From: Lama guanicoe
Taxonomy: Eukaryota
Reading direction: 5' to 3'
Assembly (NCBI GenBank): GCA_013239625.1
Contig: MU054187.1
Span: 2,055,757 to 2,119,756 of the forward strand
DNA: 64,000 nt
This document shows, in pieces, positions 1 to 11,716 of the stretch. Within the stretch, counting starts at the first letter, position 1. Every line of letters begins with the position of its first letter. The notes beneath the pieces were generated by a model. The model was not told the DNA's origin, did no database searches, and saw only the letters and a list, made by a program, of their open reading frames with translations. Position numbers and translations under genes: made by a program.

Positions 1-570
1 GCCTGAGAGGAGGAACGTGCAGTCAGGACACACACCCAGCAGGTGCTGATGGACCTTTACTAGCGCGAGCACACACTGGAGCACAAGTCTGTACGCTCTG
101 ACTCTGGATCCCTACCAGTTATCTCCTAGAGAGCAACAGAAATTGTGACAAATCCTAAAAGCCTGAGGAATGAAAAGTCATCTATGAACAGAGATACGTA
201 AAGTTTGCAACTGACAGGAAGCTCTTTGCTGCCAATTTTTTCCTGTTCATTTCAATTAATCTCTATAAAGCACGTAACTCTTTTCCATTATTCAAATATT
301 CTACTTTTGCCCTATTCTAGACAATACTTTATACTTTGCTTTGGAAATTAGTGTGTAAAATACCTATTTATAATGTCTTGCTGAATTCTGAACTGTTGGT
401 CACTTGGACCAAAAATAACAGGACTTCTCAAAATGTTAACCATAAAAATAACCATTAAAAAGGATGTAATTTATAAACACAAATAAAGCCCGCTTTAACG
501 TCAGGTTCACTTAACTGCATCCCAGAGCGAACACGCCGAACTCGGTATGTCAAGAAGGCACCTTACTTAC

Positions 571-622
571 TCGTTCTAACAGCATTATCCTCTGCTTTTC
601 AGACAGCACGTGGGTGTTTTCT
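571..622 (-). CDS. RB1CC1: RB1CC1 exon 19 (52 nt)
   Basis: TAG| acceptor at 624-623; encodes (Q)ENTHVLSEKQRIMLLER; donor GTAAGT at 570. Confidence 0.92.
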
Positions 623-1191
623 CTAGGAGAGAATGATTTATTTCAGTTTAAGTCTTAAAATTCTGGACTTTACCTTCTCCAGTAAGATTTTGGAAATTTA
701 ATTGTTAATACAGAGCACTTTAAAAATTTTAAGATTTGTACTAAATTTTCAAAAGCAGCCCATTTAAATTAGGACACATTTTAATGGTGTGTTCCTTGTA
801 CCAGAGATCCTGAACCTGTTATTGATAAAACATTTGAAATTATGAGCAAAACTCTGTGCATGCATTTTTCTGGAATAATGTCTGAAATTTCAAGCTGTCT
901 CCCAGGGATTAAAAATCATTCCTCCTCTTATCCATGTTACAGATAAAATGGTCTTTCTTGGGTGGCATCTCCATTAAAACTAGAAACAAAATGCCACATG
1001 TCCTCGAGTGAGCTACAAACACTCAAAAGCTTCAGTTCATAAAAAACAAACCAAATCTCAGTTCAGGTTACAAAAGTATTACTAAGTGGCTACAATGTGC
1101 TAGTCACTGTGTCATGTATGAATCTGTCCATCACACTGAAATATTCAAAAAATAATTAGAAAAGATAAGAAGAAATCTCTGTTTCTAAGAG

Positions 1192-1495
1192 TTTGACTTT
1201 ATTTTTTCAGATTCTGCATATAAGTGATACCACGTGGTGTTTGTCCTTCTCTTCTGGCTCACATCACCTGGCAGAGCCATGCAGGTCTGTCCATGTGACC
1301 ACAAAGGCAGAATGTGCTTCCTTACTGCAGCTGAGTAATATTCCATTCTCTCTCCCCCCCTCTCCTTTCTCTCTCCCTCTCTATATATATTTTCACCATT
1401 CTTTTATCGATTCACCCATCGACGGACACGGATGTGTCCGTAATCTTGGCTACTGGAATACTGCTGCAGTGAACACAGGGGGTGCAGACATTGAG
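1192..1495 (-). mobile_element. L1 3'-end fragment (L1MA/MB-like), antisense
   Basis: Typical L1 3' motifs such as ttctgcatataagtgatacc, tccatgtgaccacaaaggcag and aatactgctgcagtgaacacagggg. Confidence 0.7.
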
Positions 1496-1509
1496 CTATG
1501 GCTTCACTC

Positions 1510-2960
1510 TCTTTGGGGTTTGTTGAGGGTTTTCATATTTAAAAGTTGCTGCATTTTGTCAAATGCTTTCTCTTCATCCACTGCTACTGACATGTTGTAT
1601 TACATAAATTGATTTTTAAATATTAGACCAAGCTTGCAGACCTGAGACATACCCAGTAAGATTCACTTTGCATGTGGCTGGATTCAGTTTACTGGTATTT
1701 TGTTGGGAATATCTGCATGTATAGTTATAAAATATTTTATTAAATGTAATAGAAATGAATTTATTGATGTGAAATTTCTAAGATATTAATTTCTAAGAAG
1801 TTTAATGGTAATTTTAATGTTGCTCATCTAGAAAATGACGCTGCTAATCTATTATTTCTAATTTTTCTAAAAATGAACAGCTCTGTAAGTTTAGAAGCAC
1901 AAATAGAAAATTAAGAAGGATTTCAAAAATTTCTAAAGTAGGTGGAAACAGGCAGAAACCCAGCATGTGCAACAGGTAATCAGGAGAGGACAAAGTCTGC
2001 AACACCAGTTCTAGCTTTTTTTTTTTTAAAGCTCTACTGAGTTACAACTGATATACATTTAGCAGAATAAATTCCTAATCACTGGTATTTTTGTAAGAAG
2101 TTTTCAACTACTTCTGTACTTTTATATTTCTATATGAATTTTAGCATCTAATATAAAATGTAGGTACTTGTTGAAATGTTAACTGGGTATAGATGAAATC
2201 ACTGAATTACTCTGATGAGGGAACAGTATCTTTATAATACTGTGTTTCCATCCATCTTTTAACTTTCAGGTCTTTAAATATCTTTCATAAGGTTCTATAC
2301 TTTCCTCCACAAGGGTCATGCACATTTTTTGTTAAATTCATTACTAACATATATATATATATATTTCTTCCAATCAGTTTTGTTGGTAAATACACGAACT
2401 TCTTTTTTCGATGTATCTGTGACTTACACTCTAATTCAGTCTTTATTAGTTCTAATAGTTTGTTAGGTTTCTGTGGTTTGAAAAGGATATTATCTTTGAA
2501 ATGATGATAGTTCAGACTTTACTTGCCAATTTTTGTTATTTACTTATTGTCTTGCTGAAGAGTGATGGTGACAATTAGCATTCTTGTGTTCTTCCTAAAT
2601 TTATGAAAAATGCCTGGAAATGTTTCAACATTAAATGTGATGTTTGTTATAAATATTTCACATATGGTTTCTCAAATTAAGGAAGTTCCCTGCTATTCCT
2701 AGTTTGTGCTAAGGTTTTTTTTTTTTAATATTATTTTTAATAAATTCAATGACTTCTACCAATGCAATGTCTGTGTCTACTGTGAGGATCATACTCCTCG
2801 AGCGACCAGGGAACACGGTTACGTTGAGAGAGTCTAGTGTTCATTGTTACTGCTTTCCTGTAATACCCCACTGGGTCACAATGACTACGTTACCTTCACT
2901 TCCCAGTGCACCTGATGTGCTAAATTGCCTTCAGGATTTTTTACATATATATTCACAAGT
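1510..2960 (-). mobile_element. Degraded old L1 ORF2 fragments, antisense (discontinuous)
   Basis: Motifs such as ttttgtcaaatgctttctc, gattcagtttactggtattttgttg and ttaaggaagttccctgctattcctagttt; boundaries approximate. Confidence 0.55.
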
Positions 2961-4038
2961 GAGATTAACCTCTATCTTATCTGCTGTAATTTTTAAAATC
3001 ATTCTAGACGTATAAACTCCTATTTTTTTATTGCTATATTGATATATTCCTTCATTACAGGTTTTGAAATCATTCCATTTAATTACCAATCAATTGTGAA
3101 CCAAAATGTAATAAAGAACGTATCTTAGGTTTATATAAACTCCTATTTTGTTACTACTTTTTAATATCATTGCCTGTGTTCCGTGGCCTAAATTATATCA
3201 ATATTTGGAACCTCTGAGATTTCCTCTGTGACCCCGTATGCAGTTAACTTTCTTAATTGCTTCTCTATCGCTTTATCTATTTTTCACTTCATCGTTTCCT
3301 GAGAGGAAGTGACCTACCTTAACTAGTTCAAAAGTTCCACTTTTTAAGCACCTACAGGTTAACAACTAACTGCCCGTGGTGAACGGTAGCCTCTCTCAGC
3401 ACGAGACTTCCCCCTCAACTGTTCAAACCTTTTGCTCTGAATGGCTTACATAGTTTTGCCTTATTATTTGCCTTACAAGTCTGTTACAATCACATTACAT
3501 TAAACGTTCTGTCATTTTCAGGTGCTTTTCTTGCATGTAGAATGCAGCTGGATGCTTTTTATTCTGGGAGGTTTTGTTGTGATGGGTTGATTTACTTCTT
3601 CAAATAAGCTGGGACTTAACTTCTGTCACTTAAGTTTTCTAATTACTGCGGTCTCCTGATGTTTATGCTTTGCCATTTTGACTTACATTTTATTTGTTCT
3701 GTTTTTCATCCATTCTTAAGCCTTGTATCTTCCCAAGACTCAAGTTTCTGGTCCTTTCCTTTGAACTAAACAGAAACCTACCTACAATTTTACTTTTCAA
3801 GAAACTGCGCTAACCCCCCTACCCCACACAGCCTCAGCAAAACAAACACACTTGTCACCGCAGTGACCACCGTCCTCTGAGTGCGTGCAGGACCTGAACG
3901 CTCACACGCGCCCTGGAAACAGCTCAGCACCCACTGGGGCTCAGGGAAGCACGGCAGGAAACACGCCGCAGAGGCTCCACACCCGCGCCTCAGCGGCGGC
4001 TCCGGGCTGCGAGGGCCCCGGCGGGGGGCGGTACTCAC

Positions 4039-4279
4039 TGCACCGACATCGTGCTGGTCTCCAGCGCCGGGTCCGCGCGGCCCTCGTCCTGCGCCTCCGG
4101 GCCCGGCCGCTCCGCCTCCCCCGCGGGCTCCGGCGCGCAGGCCCCGCACAGCTCCGGGGCTGCGGCCGCGCACGGCGAGGGCACGCGGCCGCCGGCGCGC
4201 AGCCGGCCCACCTCCTCCTCCAGCCGCTTCTTCTCCTCCAGCAGGCGAGCCCGGTCCTCGGACAGGGACTCTATCAGAT
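4039..4279 (-). CDS. RB1CC1: RB1CC1 exon 18 (241 nt)
   Basis: CAG| acceptor 4281-4280; (D)LIESLSEDRARLLEEKKRLEEEVGRLRAGGRVPSPCAAAAPELCGACAPEPAGEAERPGPEAQDEGRADPALETSTMSV(Q); donor GTGAGT at 4038. Confidence 0.93.
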
Positions 4280-4391
4280 CTGCAGCGCACGGGGTGGGGG
4301 GTGGGGGACGGGGGACACACAGGCGTCAGGACGAGCGGCAGGACGAGCGCAGCACGGCCCGCGCCCGCCGCCCTCGCCCGCCCGCGCTGAC

Positions 4392-4500
4392 CTCTGTCCC
4401 GCTCCTGCTGCCGCGTCGCGCTCTTCAGCTTATCGCTCAGCTCGTTGATGATGTTCTCCTTCCTCAGCTTCTCCCTCGTCAGAACAGTGTTAAAATTGGT
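4392..4500 (-). CDS. RB1CC1: RB1CC1 exon 17 (109 nt)
   Basis: CAG| acceptor; TNFNTVLTREKLRKENIINELSDKLKSATRQQERDR; donor GTCAGC at 4391. Confidence 0.94.
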
Positions 4501-6736
4501 CTGGGACAACAGAGTGACAACCTCGTAAACGGGCGGCACGCACGGGGCAGCCGGAGCAAAGAGCGGACACCCGCCCCTCCGGCCGCGGGCGCACTTGCAC
4601 GCGGGGAGGAGCGCGCGCCACTCACAAGCGATGGGAACTGTTCAGTTAAAATGCTACGCTGTGCTGAAGGCCCTGTGGCTGCATTTTATTAGCTCTGTAT
4701 TAAGGTGTGTTCCAACTTAGTATCTTGAAAATGAATTCTATTTTCACGTTATTGTCCACATGTTTAGAGGAAAAGTATTAGCAAATAATTTCTAAATTTT
4801 GGAGAAAGAAAAAAAAAAAACCAGCCAACAATTAACCAGCGCCGCTGTACACGGGCTTCTTTCCTTCAGGAGCCTCCCTGCCCTGAGTCCTCCCTGTGGC
4901 TCCTGGGGCAGCGCGCTGCCCTGCACCGCCGACGCGCCATCCTCGAGTCCACCAACGCCTTCTCACGGCCAAGCTCACACATCCAACTGCCCGCAGAGAC
5001 CTCATGAGCCAGCTTCCAAAATTAACAGTCACAGATCCTCTCATCAATGAATAATGCCAATAATGCTAGAAAAGGGAGACTTAACAAGAATGTGCCATTC
5101 TTGGACCAAATTTAGTGAATTCATCAAATACTGGGTTAAACCGACTTCCAGCCAGAAGGCAGACAGGACGATCCCTCAGAAAGAGCATTTATGGTGCGCC
5201 TGTGCAGTAAGCCACTCCTCTGCGCATTGCTCACATGCAGAAAACAAACAGAATAGTCCTAACAGTACATTAGCTGCTTTGTCTTCATAGTCTTTGCTGC
5301 TTCTGTAATACGAAGCGGATTTTCAGAAAACTTACCACAATTGTAATACACATGTTAGAAACAAGGTTAAGGTCAGAGCCAGCTAGGCCCAAGGCATCCC
5401 TACAAAACTAGTTCTAAATCAACTTAGCAACCACTACTTAACATCCAAACACTACGGAAAATCGGAAGGGGTCTCAGGAGTCACCTCTCCTCTCACTTTA
5501 CAAGTACTGGAGGAAGAACTAAAGTTGAAGAGATGGTTTCCATCTGCCACTTCACCCCACTGGATCCTGGAGGCCTGTGCCCGCAAACGTGCTCCCAGAG
5601 GAGCCCGCGGAGAGAAAGGCGGCTGGAAGGAGACAGACCTGTCTCAGGCAGGATGAATCCGCTGAAGAACTGACAAGCTCAGAGTTTCAGAAACAGAGAC
5701 GCTGTGAGTGACCTGCTCACTGACGATCTCACTGAAAGCTGGTGGCTGCTCCCACCCTGGCAGTTACTTCCCTGGTTTCCGCTACACACACCCTTCCTTT
5801 TTCCGATTTCCCGTCCTAATGCCTCCTTTTCAGCCCTTCTGTCTGTCCCTGGGCCCTGAAATTTAAACTTCGTAAGTAAGGGTTCTGACCCACACTTGTT
5901 CTCTGGTTGACATTTTTTGAACTCTAAAAGGACACTGAGAAGAGTGAAGCTGTACCACACGGTATCACACCTGTGCGTCAACGACGCCGCATCCACCGGC
6001 TTCAGGAGCGGCCTCCGCAAGGTAAACAAAGGATGCCGGTGTCCCTGCGCCTGTCCCGACATCTGCCTCGACGCCTGCCCGCCCACAGCCCCCGCTCTTC
6101 TCCACGTCCCCACCGCCACCTCTGTCACGCAGAAGTGCTCCCCTACTGCTGTCCAGACCGTAGCTGGTGTACAGGCCCCCTGACGGCCATCCCAGTCCCG
6201 GGGTCTGGGCCCTGCTCAGCCCACAAGCGTTCCCGCTCCCCGCTGATCAACGCCAATTAAGTGAATCACCAAAGTTCAACCATATTCCACCGTAACCTGC
6301 TGCCGGCCGATCACATCAATACAATTATCAGCATGTAATATATAATGAAGTTCTAGCTTAGAGGAAAAAACCCAAATATCATCTCTGTAGCAGTACAAAT
6401 ATAAACACCTTTATTTGCAAGAAACTAATCTGGGTTGTGAAGAGGTTAAATGATGTTTCCAAGATCACACAGACAGCTGAGACCGGAAACACAATTCACA
6501 TTTCCTAATTTCTAATCTAGGACTATTTCACTGTGAAGTACCTGTGTGACACAATGACCAGTAACAAGCAAACGCTTTTATCATGAAGACATTCAATACG
6601 TGTCTCAGGATCAGTGCAGGGAGAGCGCACCCAAGACGTAAGAAACCACAGCTACACAAGGAACTTGTATTTGTTGATGTACGTTCACCTTCTTTGGCCC
6701 TAAAATAAATGAAACGAGGGCAGGGGACACGCATAC

Positions 6737-6902
6737 CTGCTGTTCCGCGATCAAAGATGTTCGAACATTTTGCATTTCTTCATTCTTTCTTTTCTCCTGC
6801 TCTTCGAGTTGTTCTAGAAACTTAGCTTTTTCTTCCTGGAGTTTTTCTTGAAGTTCAGCAACTAGGCTTGAAGAATCTTCTCTGGCAGATTCAATGGCAT
6901 GA
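6737..6902 (-). CDS. RB1CC1: RB1CC1 exon 16 (166 nt)
   Basis: AAG| acceptor; (S)HAIESAREDSSSLVAELQEKLQEEKAKFLEQLEEQEKRKNEEMQNVRTSLIAEQQ; donor GTATGC at 6736. Confidence 0.95.
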
Positions 6903-8479
6903 CTTTAAAAATTAAATGCAGTATTAAAACTTTTTCCCAAAATGACAGATGCAATCACAAACATACCAAGTACCGTCAACAGATGACATCAGCAAGGCTA
7001 AGTGTCTTCCTCATACACAACAGCGGTGACTTGGGGTCAACAGCAGTGCTAGGTGAACCCTTTATATCTGGCCCCAAAAGAGAAACGAGCAGAGGGGCAA
7101 GGCTCAGAACAGATGACACGCTCCCTGACACCGACACGGCTGAGCAGACATGTCTGATAAACTCAGGATAATCAGCTTCTACCAGCAAAAGGTAATGCTT
7201 TCAGTGTAAAAGTCAACACACTTCTCAAAAGCTCAGTGTCAGCTTCAGTCCTGCCTTCTCTGTAATGCAGCGGGCAGCACAGCTGAGAGGTGAGAAAAGG
7301 AACAGCCTGCAGAACACACCTGGGGAAAGGCTTTTCATTTTTAAAGCAGGCTTTGGTTCATTTTGTTAGCTAATGAATAAATAACACAAAACTAAAGCGA
7401 ACTTAAATGTCTGCCAGCAGAAAGCGACACGTTCCTTCCTCTGAGAACGCACTGACAAAACAGCAGAGGAGCGGAGAGACCCAGGGAAGGAGAGCAGGCA
7501 CGACGTAACACTTACTTTAATCTTATCTACTTCCAACCTAACAATCCTTTACATCTGAAAGCTTGTCCAGGTGGATCATTACTCTCATCGAAAGTGTTAC
7601 AACATGCCAAGCCTCAGGAGAAAGGGTGCCATGTAAATATTCCAAAACTATTTTAAATAAATCTTAAAACATGTAAATAGTCCCAGACTGGTTTTAAGTG
7701 TACATTTACTCAACTTCAAATGACACGTAATGCTTTTCACAGTCTCTCCTTTGGGCGAGAGGAGAGGGGATTTGCAGGGTGGGAACTACAGGCTGCATGA
7801 TCTCAGGGTTACCAAGGACACAGAATGGAAGCATGGGGACTGCCACATCCAGCAACAAAGAGCCAAAAGAAACACCTCTGCAGCCGTAGTAGAGGAAGTA
7901 CCATGAATGGCAGTGGTTTCAGGCCGAGAAGAAGAAACAAGCTAAGACACTGTCCGAGGTAAAAGATGGAGTGGGTGATGGAAGCTGTAAACAGCAACTC
8001 GAGTTGCGAGGCTGGTTACAGAAATAAAGAGCAGTGGCAAATCCTGTGCGTAACAAGCACGTCTCCCCGCCCTGCCCCAGTGCCCTGGCATGTGATACCG
8101 TCGTGATGAGGGCAGTAGCCCTGGGGCTCCGCATCTACCTAGCCGACCGTCAAGAGAGACAGCGCGTCTGTACAAGGTGAGCGAGCACCAGTCTGCCACT
8201 AGAGGGCGGCTGGAATGATACGGAGGGAGAAAGGTGTACTCGGTGACAGGAGCGACAGAAGCCAAGCCACGCGGGCAGGACCGCAGCACTGGCAGTCCGG
8301 TGTCGGTGGCAGCGGGACTAGGGCTGTGGGGTCAGAATGGGCGCCCAGCCTGCCCTGCCTGCCGTCCCGCCGTGGCTCCCCTGCTCGGACCTCACCCGCA
8401 CTGGACTGTTTCCCGAACACCTCTGCAGCTGAGGTCCGGAGGGTAACACATATAATGCATTGTATACCTGTAAACAGAT

Positions 8480-8960
8480 TCCCTTGGAAGAATTAACACT
8501 AGAACCAATCGATCATGTTCTAGAAATTGTTTATTAGGCCATAAAAATCTCAATAAATTTTAATGGAGCAGAAATACTGAAGACTTTTTTCTCTGATCAA
8601 AGACAGAAACATGAGACAGTAACAATAATAAAAATGCAAAAAACCCACTACTGTATCAAACCTGGAATTTAACATTACCTATTACCATTTGAACCCAGAA
8701 GAAATAACTAAAATCGTAACAACCATGAAGTTACAGAGCCTTAAGCTAGAATTCAGCCTTTACTAAACACTGCTCAGAGGAAACTTCTTTTATATCTACG
8801 TACACGGTTTAAAGAATGAAAACACATAATTTTCAAACGAACAATTTAGGGGAAAAAATTAAAAATAAACTAAAAGGAAATTTATGAGTTAAAAAAGGAC
8901 AAAAGAAGATCCTGAGAACATTTGAGATTTTCAAAAATATTTCTCTGGAAATCCAAAATG
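8480..8960 (+). mobile_element. Degraded L1 ORF2 fragment (end of endonuclease region)
   Basis: ttaggccataaaaatctcaataaattt...ttctctgatca resembles the L1 EN C-terminal SDH segment; boundaries approximate. Confidence 0.5.
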
Positions 8961-9173
8961 CGAATCCATTTTTAAAAGCTACACTAATGGAGTTACGTTG
9001 TTTGTTATTTTTAAAATGTTTATTAAGAAACACTAAAGAGTTTTTACTTTATAAAATATTTCAATTGTTACATCTAAGATAAATGAGTAAATCAAGGTAT
9101 GTGATTACACACACAATTAAAACTTGAATCACGACTTCAACTTGATGATTACAGACTGAGGTTAATTTCTTAC

Positions 9174-11074
9174 CTTTTTGCTATTTGCCCCTCAAGGTGT
9201 TTAACTTTTTCTATTAATTCTTTCTCAACAGCTTCTCTTTCCAACTTCAGTCCTTCCAGGGCAGTCTGAACGGCTGCTGCTTTTTCACAAGTGAGCTTGT
9301 GAATTAGCTGTTCTCTCTCCTGCTCCTGGCTCATGACAAGTTTCTCTTTGTCCTTCTCAAGCTTCTGGATAATAGCTTCGTACTTCTCTTCCTGCTGGGC
9401 GATTTTTTCATCTTTTTCTTTTTCAAGAGCACGCAAGTCTGAGTCCAGCTTCCTCTGCAGCTCGGCCAGCTCTCCTTTCAGGCTCTTTTCTACTTCACAC
9501 GCCTGCTGATGCGAGGACGTCACTCTGCTCAGCTCGGCCCTGAGCACGCTGGACTCCTCCTCGTGTCTGCTGACCAGCTCGGAAATGCACTCGTCTTTCT
9601 CACTTGTCATTAAAGTTCTCAGCTCTGCCAGGCCCACCTGGTAACTTTCATTATTATCCTGAATCTTCTGGTTTAGTTGCTGGATCTCTGTTCTCATAGT
9701 TTCTGTCTCCTGTTCAAGGAGAGACTTTAAGGTCTCTTTCTGCTGGGCTCTGCTTTCTTCCAGCAAAATCTTTATTTCATCAGTTTCTGCTTCCTTCAAC
9801 GCGAGTTCAACCTCCAGCTTACACCTCATGTCCGACAAATCTGACACCTTGAGTTTCAACTCCTGGAGCTGCTGTTCTTTTTCCTGGATGACCGCCGCGT
9901 GGGAATCCTGCATCTGCTCAATTCTCTGCTGACTTTCGTTTTCCAGTTTCTCCAAGCGAGCCTGGTGGTCGGCCGCCAGCTTCTGGAACTCCTGCGCGTG
10001 CCGGAGCTGCAGGGCGCCCTCGAGCTCGCGCCGGCGGCTCTGCTCCAGGCCCTGCAGCTCGGCCCGCAGCAGCCGCAGCCGCTCCTCGCCCAGCGCGCGC
10101 TGCCCGCGCAGCTCCTCGCGCGCCGCCTCCCGCGCCTGGCGCAGCGCCTCCACCTCGCCGTGCTGCGCGCGCAGCCGCGCCTCCAGCTCCTGCAGCTTCT
10201 GCTCCTTCTCGTTCTGCAGGCAGACGACGGCCTCCTTCTCGTGCTTGACCAGCGCAAACTCGTTGTCCTTGTTCTGCAACACCTCCTCCAGGCACAGCAG
10301 GTCCCCCTTCAGCTGGCTGATCCTGCGCGCGCTCTCCTCGCCCTCCCGGACCAGCGCGGCCAGCCTGCCCTCGTAGTCGCTCTGCAGCGACCGCAGCTCC
10401 TCCTGGTGCTTTTCGGTTAGTGTTATTTCCAAAGCGTACTTTACTTTCTCAATAGCGTTCCTTATTTCTCCTGCTGTACACGTTAAAGAGTCGGAGAAGT
10501 CGCACTGCTCCTTCTGCACGAACGCCCGGAGGCGGCCCAGGTCCTCCTTGAGGCCCTGCAGGCTGAGGCGCGAGTCGCGGGCCGAGGCCCGACAGCCCTC
10601 CAGCCGCTCGCTGAGGGCGGCGCGGCCGCCCGGGTCCTCGGGGCCGCGCGCGCCCGTGTCCTGCATGCGCCGGCTGTCTATGGCATTGATGACCGACGAG
10701 TACAGGGACTCCACCATCATCTCGGGGCTCTGCGGGTCACTGATGGGGTTAGGAGACGACAGGTTTTCTTCTATGACAAACTCATTCACAGCAGACATGA
10801 AATCTGACTCAGGGCTTTCTGCTAACGAATCCAAGTCTAACGAAGCCTGGTGAATAGTCTGCTCTATGTTCGGGTGGGGGATGGTTTCAAAGTCAAACGT
10901 ATGTGCATCAATGCTGTCTGGAGACAGTTCTTCTAAGGGACACACTGCGGGACACAGGGCGTCCTGCGCAGCGAGCGGAGGCGGCGTTCGGGCTGAGGTA
11001 GTAGTTGTCATGCCTGTCGCACTTTCTGTCCGGGGTGAGGAAGCCGACTGGGGGGACGTCTGACTCACGGAGGC
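9174..11074 (-). CDS. RB1CC1: RB1CC1 exon 15 (1901-nt giant exon: LIR region and coiled coil)
   Basis: Matches ORF 9170..11068. Begins ASVSQTSPQSASSPR after a TTCCAG| acceptor, contains the FDFETI LIR at 10897-10880, ends ...QIAK with donor GTAAGA at 9173. Confidence 0.97.
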
Positions 11075-11161
11075 CTGGAAAAGAGAGGGACAGGCTTTCA
11101 GAGCTGCGGCAGCACAGGCATCTACACTAACGGGGGGGCCGTTTCAAAGAACGCGACTTGC

Positions 11162-11288
11162 CTTTTGTTCACTCAGGAGATCGGTAATGGTCTGTGACAT
11201 CTCATCCAAACTCTGGGCTGCTTTCACCAAATGATGCAGAGCGAGTACGTGCTGGTGCAGAGGCTCAAAGTCACAAAGCAAGGGGACC
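11162..11288 (-). CDS. RB1CC1: RB1CC1 exon 14 (127 nt)
   Basis: (R)VPLLCDFEPLHQHVLALHHLVKAAQSLDEMSQTITDLLSEQK; non-canonical donor AAG|GCAAGT at 11161. Confidence 0.93.
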
Positions 11289-11716
11289 CTGAAACCGTGC
11301 AAATTAGAGTTCTGACTTCGTAATGAAAAATGAGTAACTACAACAAATATTTTAATCTATGTCAAAAATAACTACAGCATTATCATCCTCTTTCAACCAA
11401 CAGCAGGAATACTTTCAGACTGAGACACATCATGGAAGGGATCAATCAGAAATCTCCCGCAGTATGCAACAACACAGACCACCACCGGAAAGGAACTACC
11501 TTCCTGGAGGCATTCCATTTCCTCTACTTTACCTTCATTTTCTGAACCTTATTTTTTGATCATTTTAATATTCCCCAGAAATGTCCCAAAGCAGCCACAG
11601 AAGAGCCTGCCTCTACTCTGGCGTCTCCTAAGTGCGCTGCTGCTGCTTTGCACAGCTCCAGAGCAAAGACAACATCGTGAGGTGGCACCCAAGGCTAAAA
11701 CACTAGTGACGTTTAC

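Noticed and set aside
3881..4692. Long plus-strand ORFs (3881..4390, 3885..4448, 4051..4692)
   Set aside because: Antisense shadows of GC-rich exons 17-18; stop codons are scarce at ~85% GC and the translations are low-complexity.
9856..10853. Overlapping ORFs in other frames and on the other strand inside exon 15
   Set aside because: They coincide with the GC spikes and have no independent start context or splice support.
9170..11068. 632-aa ORF as a stand-alone gene or processed pseudogene
   Set aside because: It is bounded by an acceptor and a donor and joins exons 14 and 16 in frame; it is internal exon 15.
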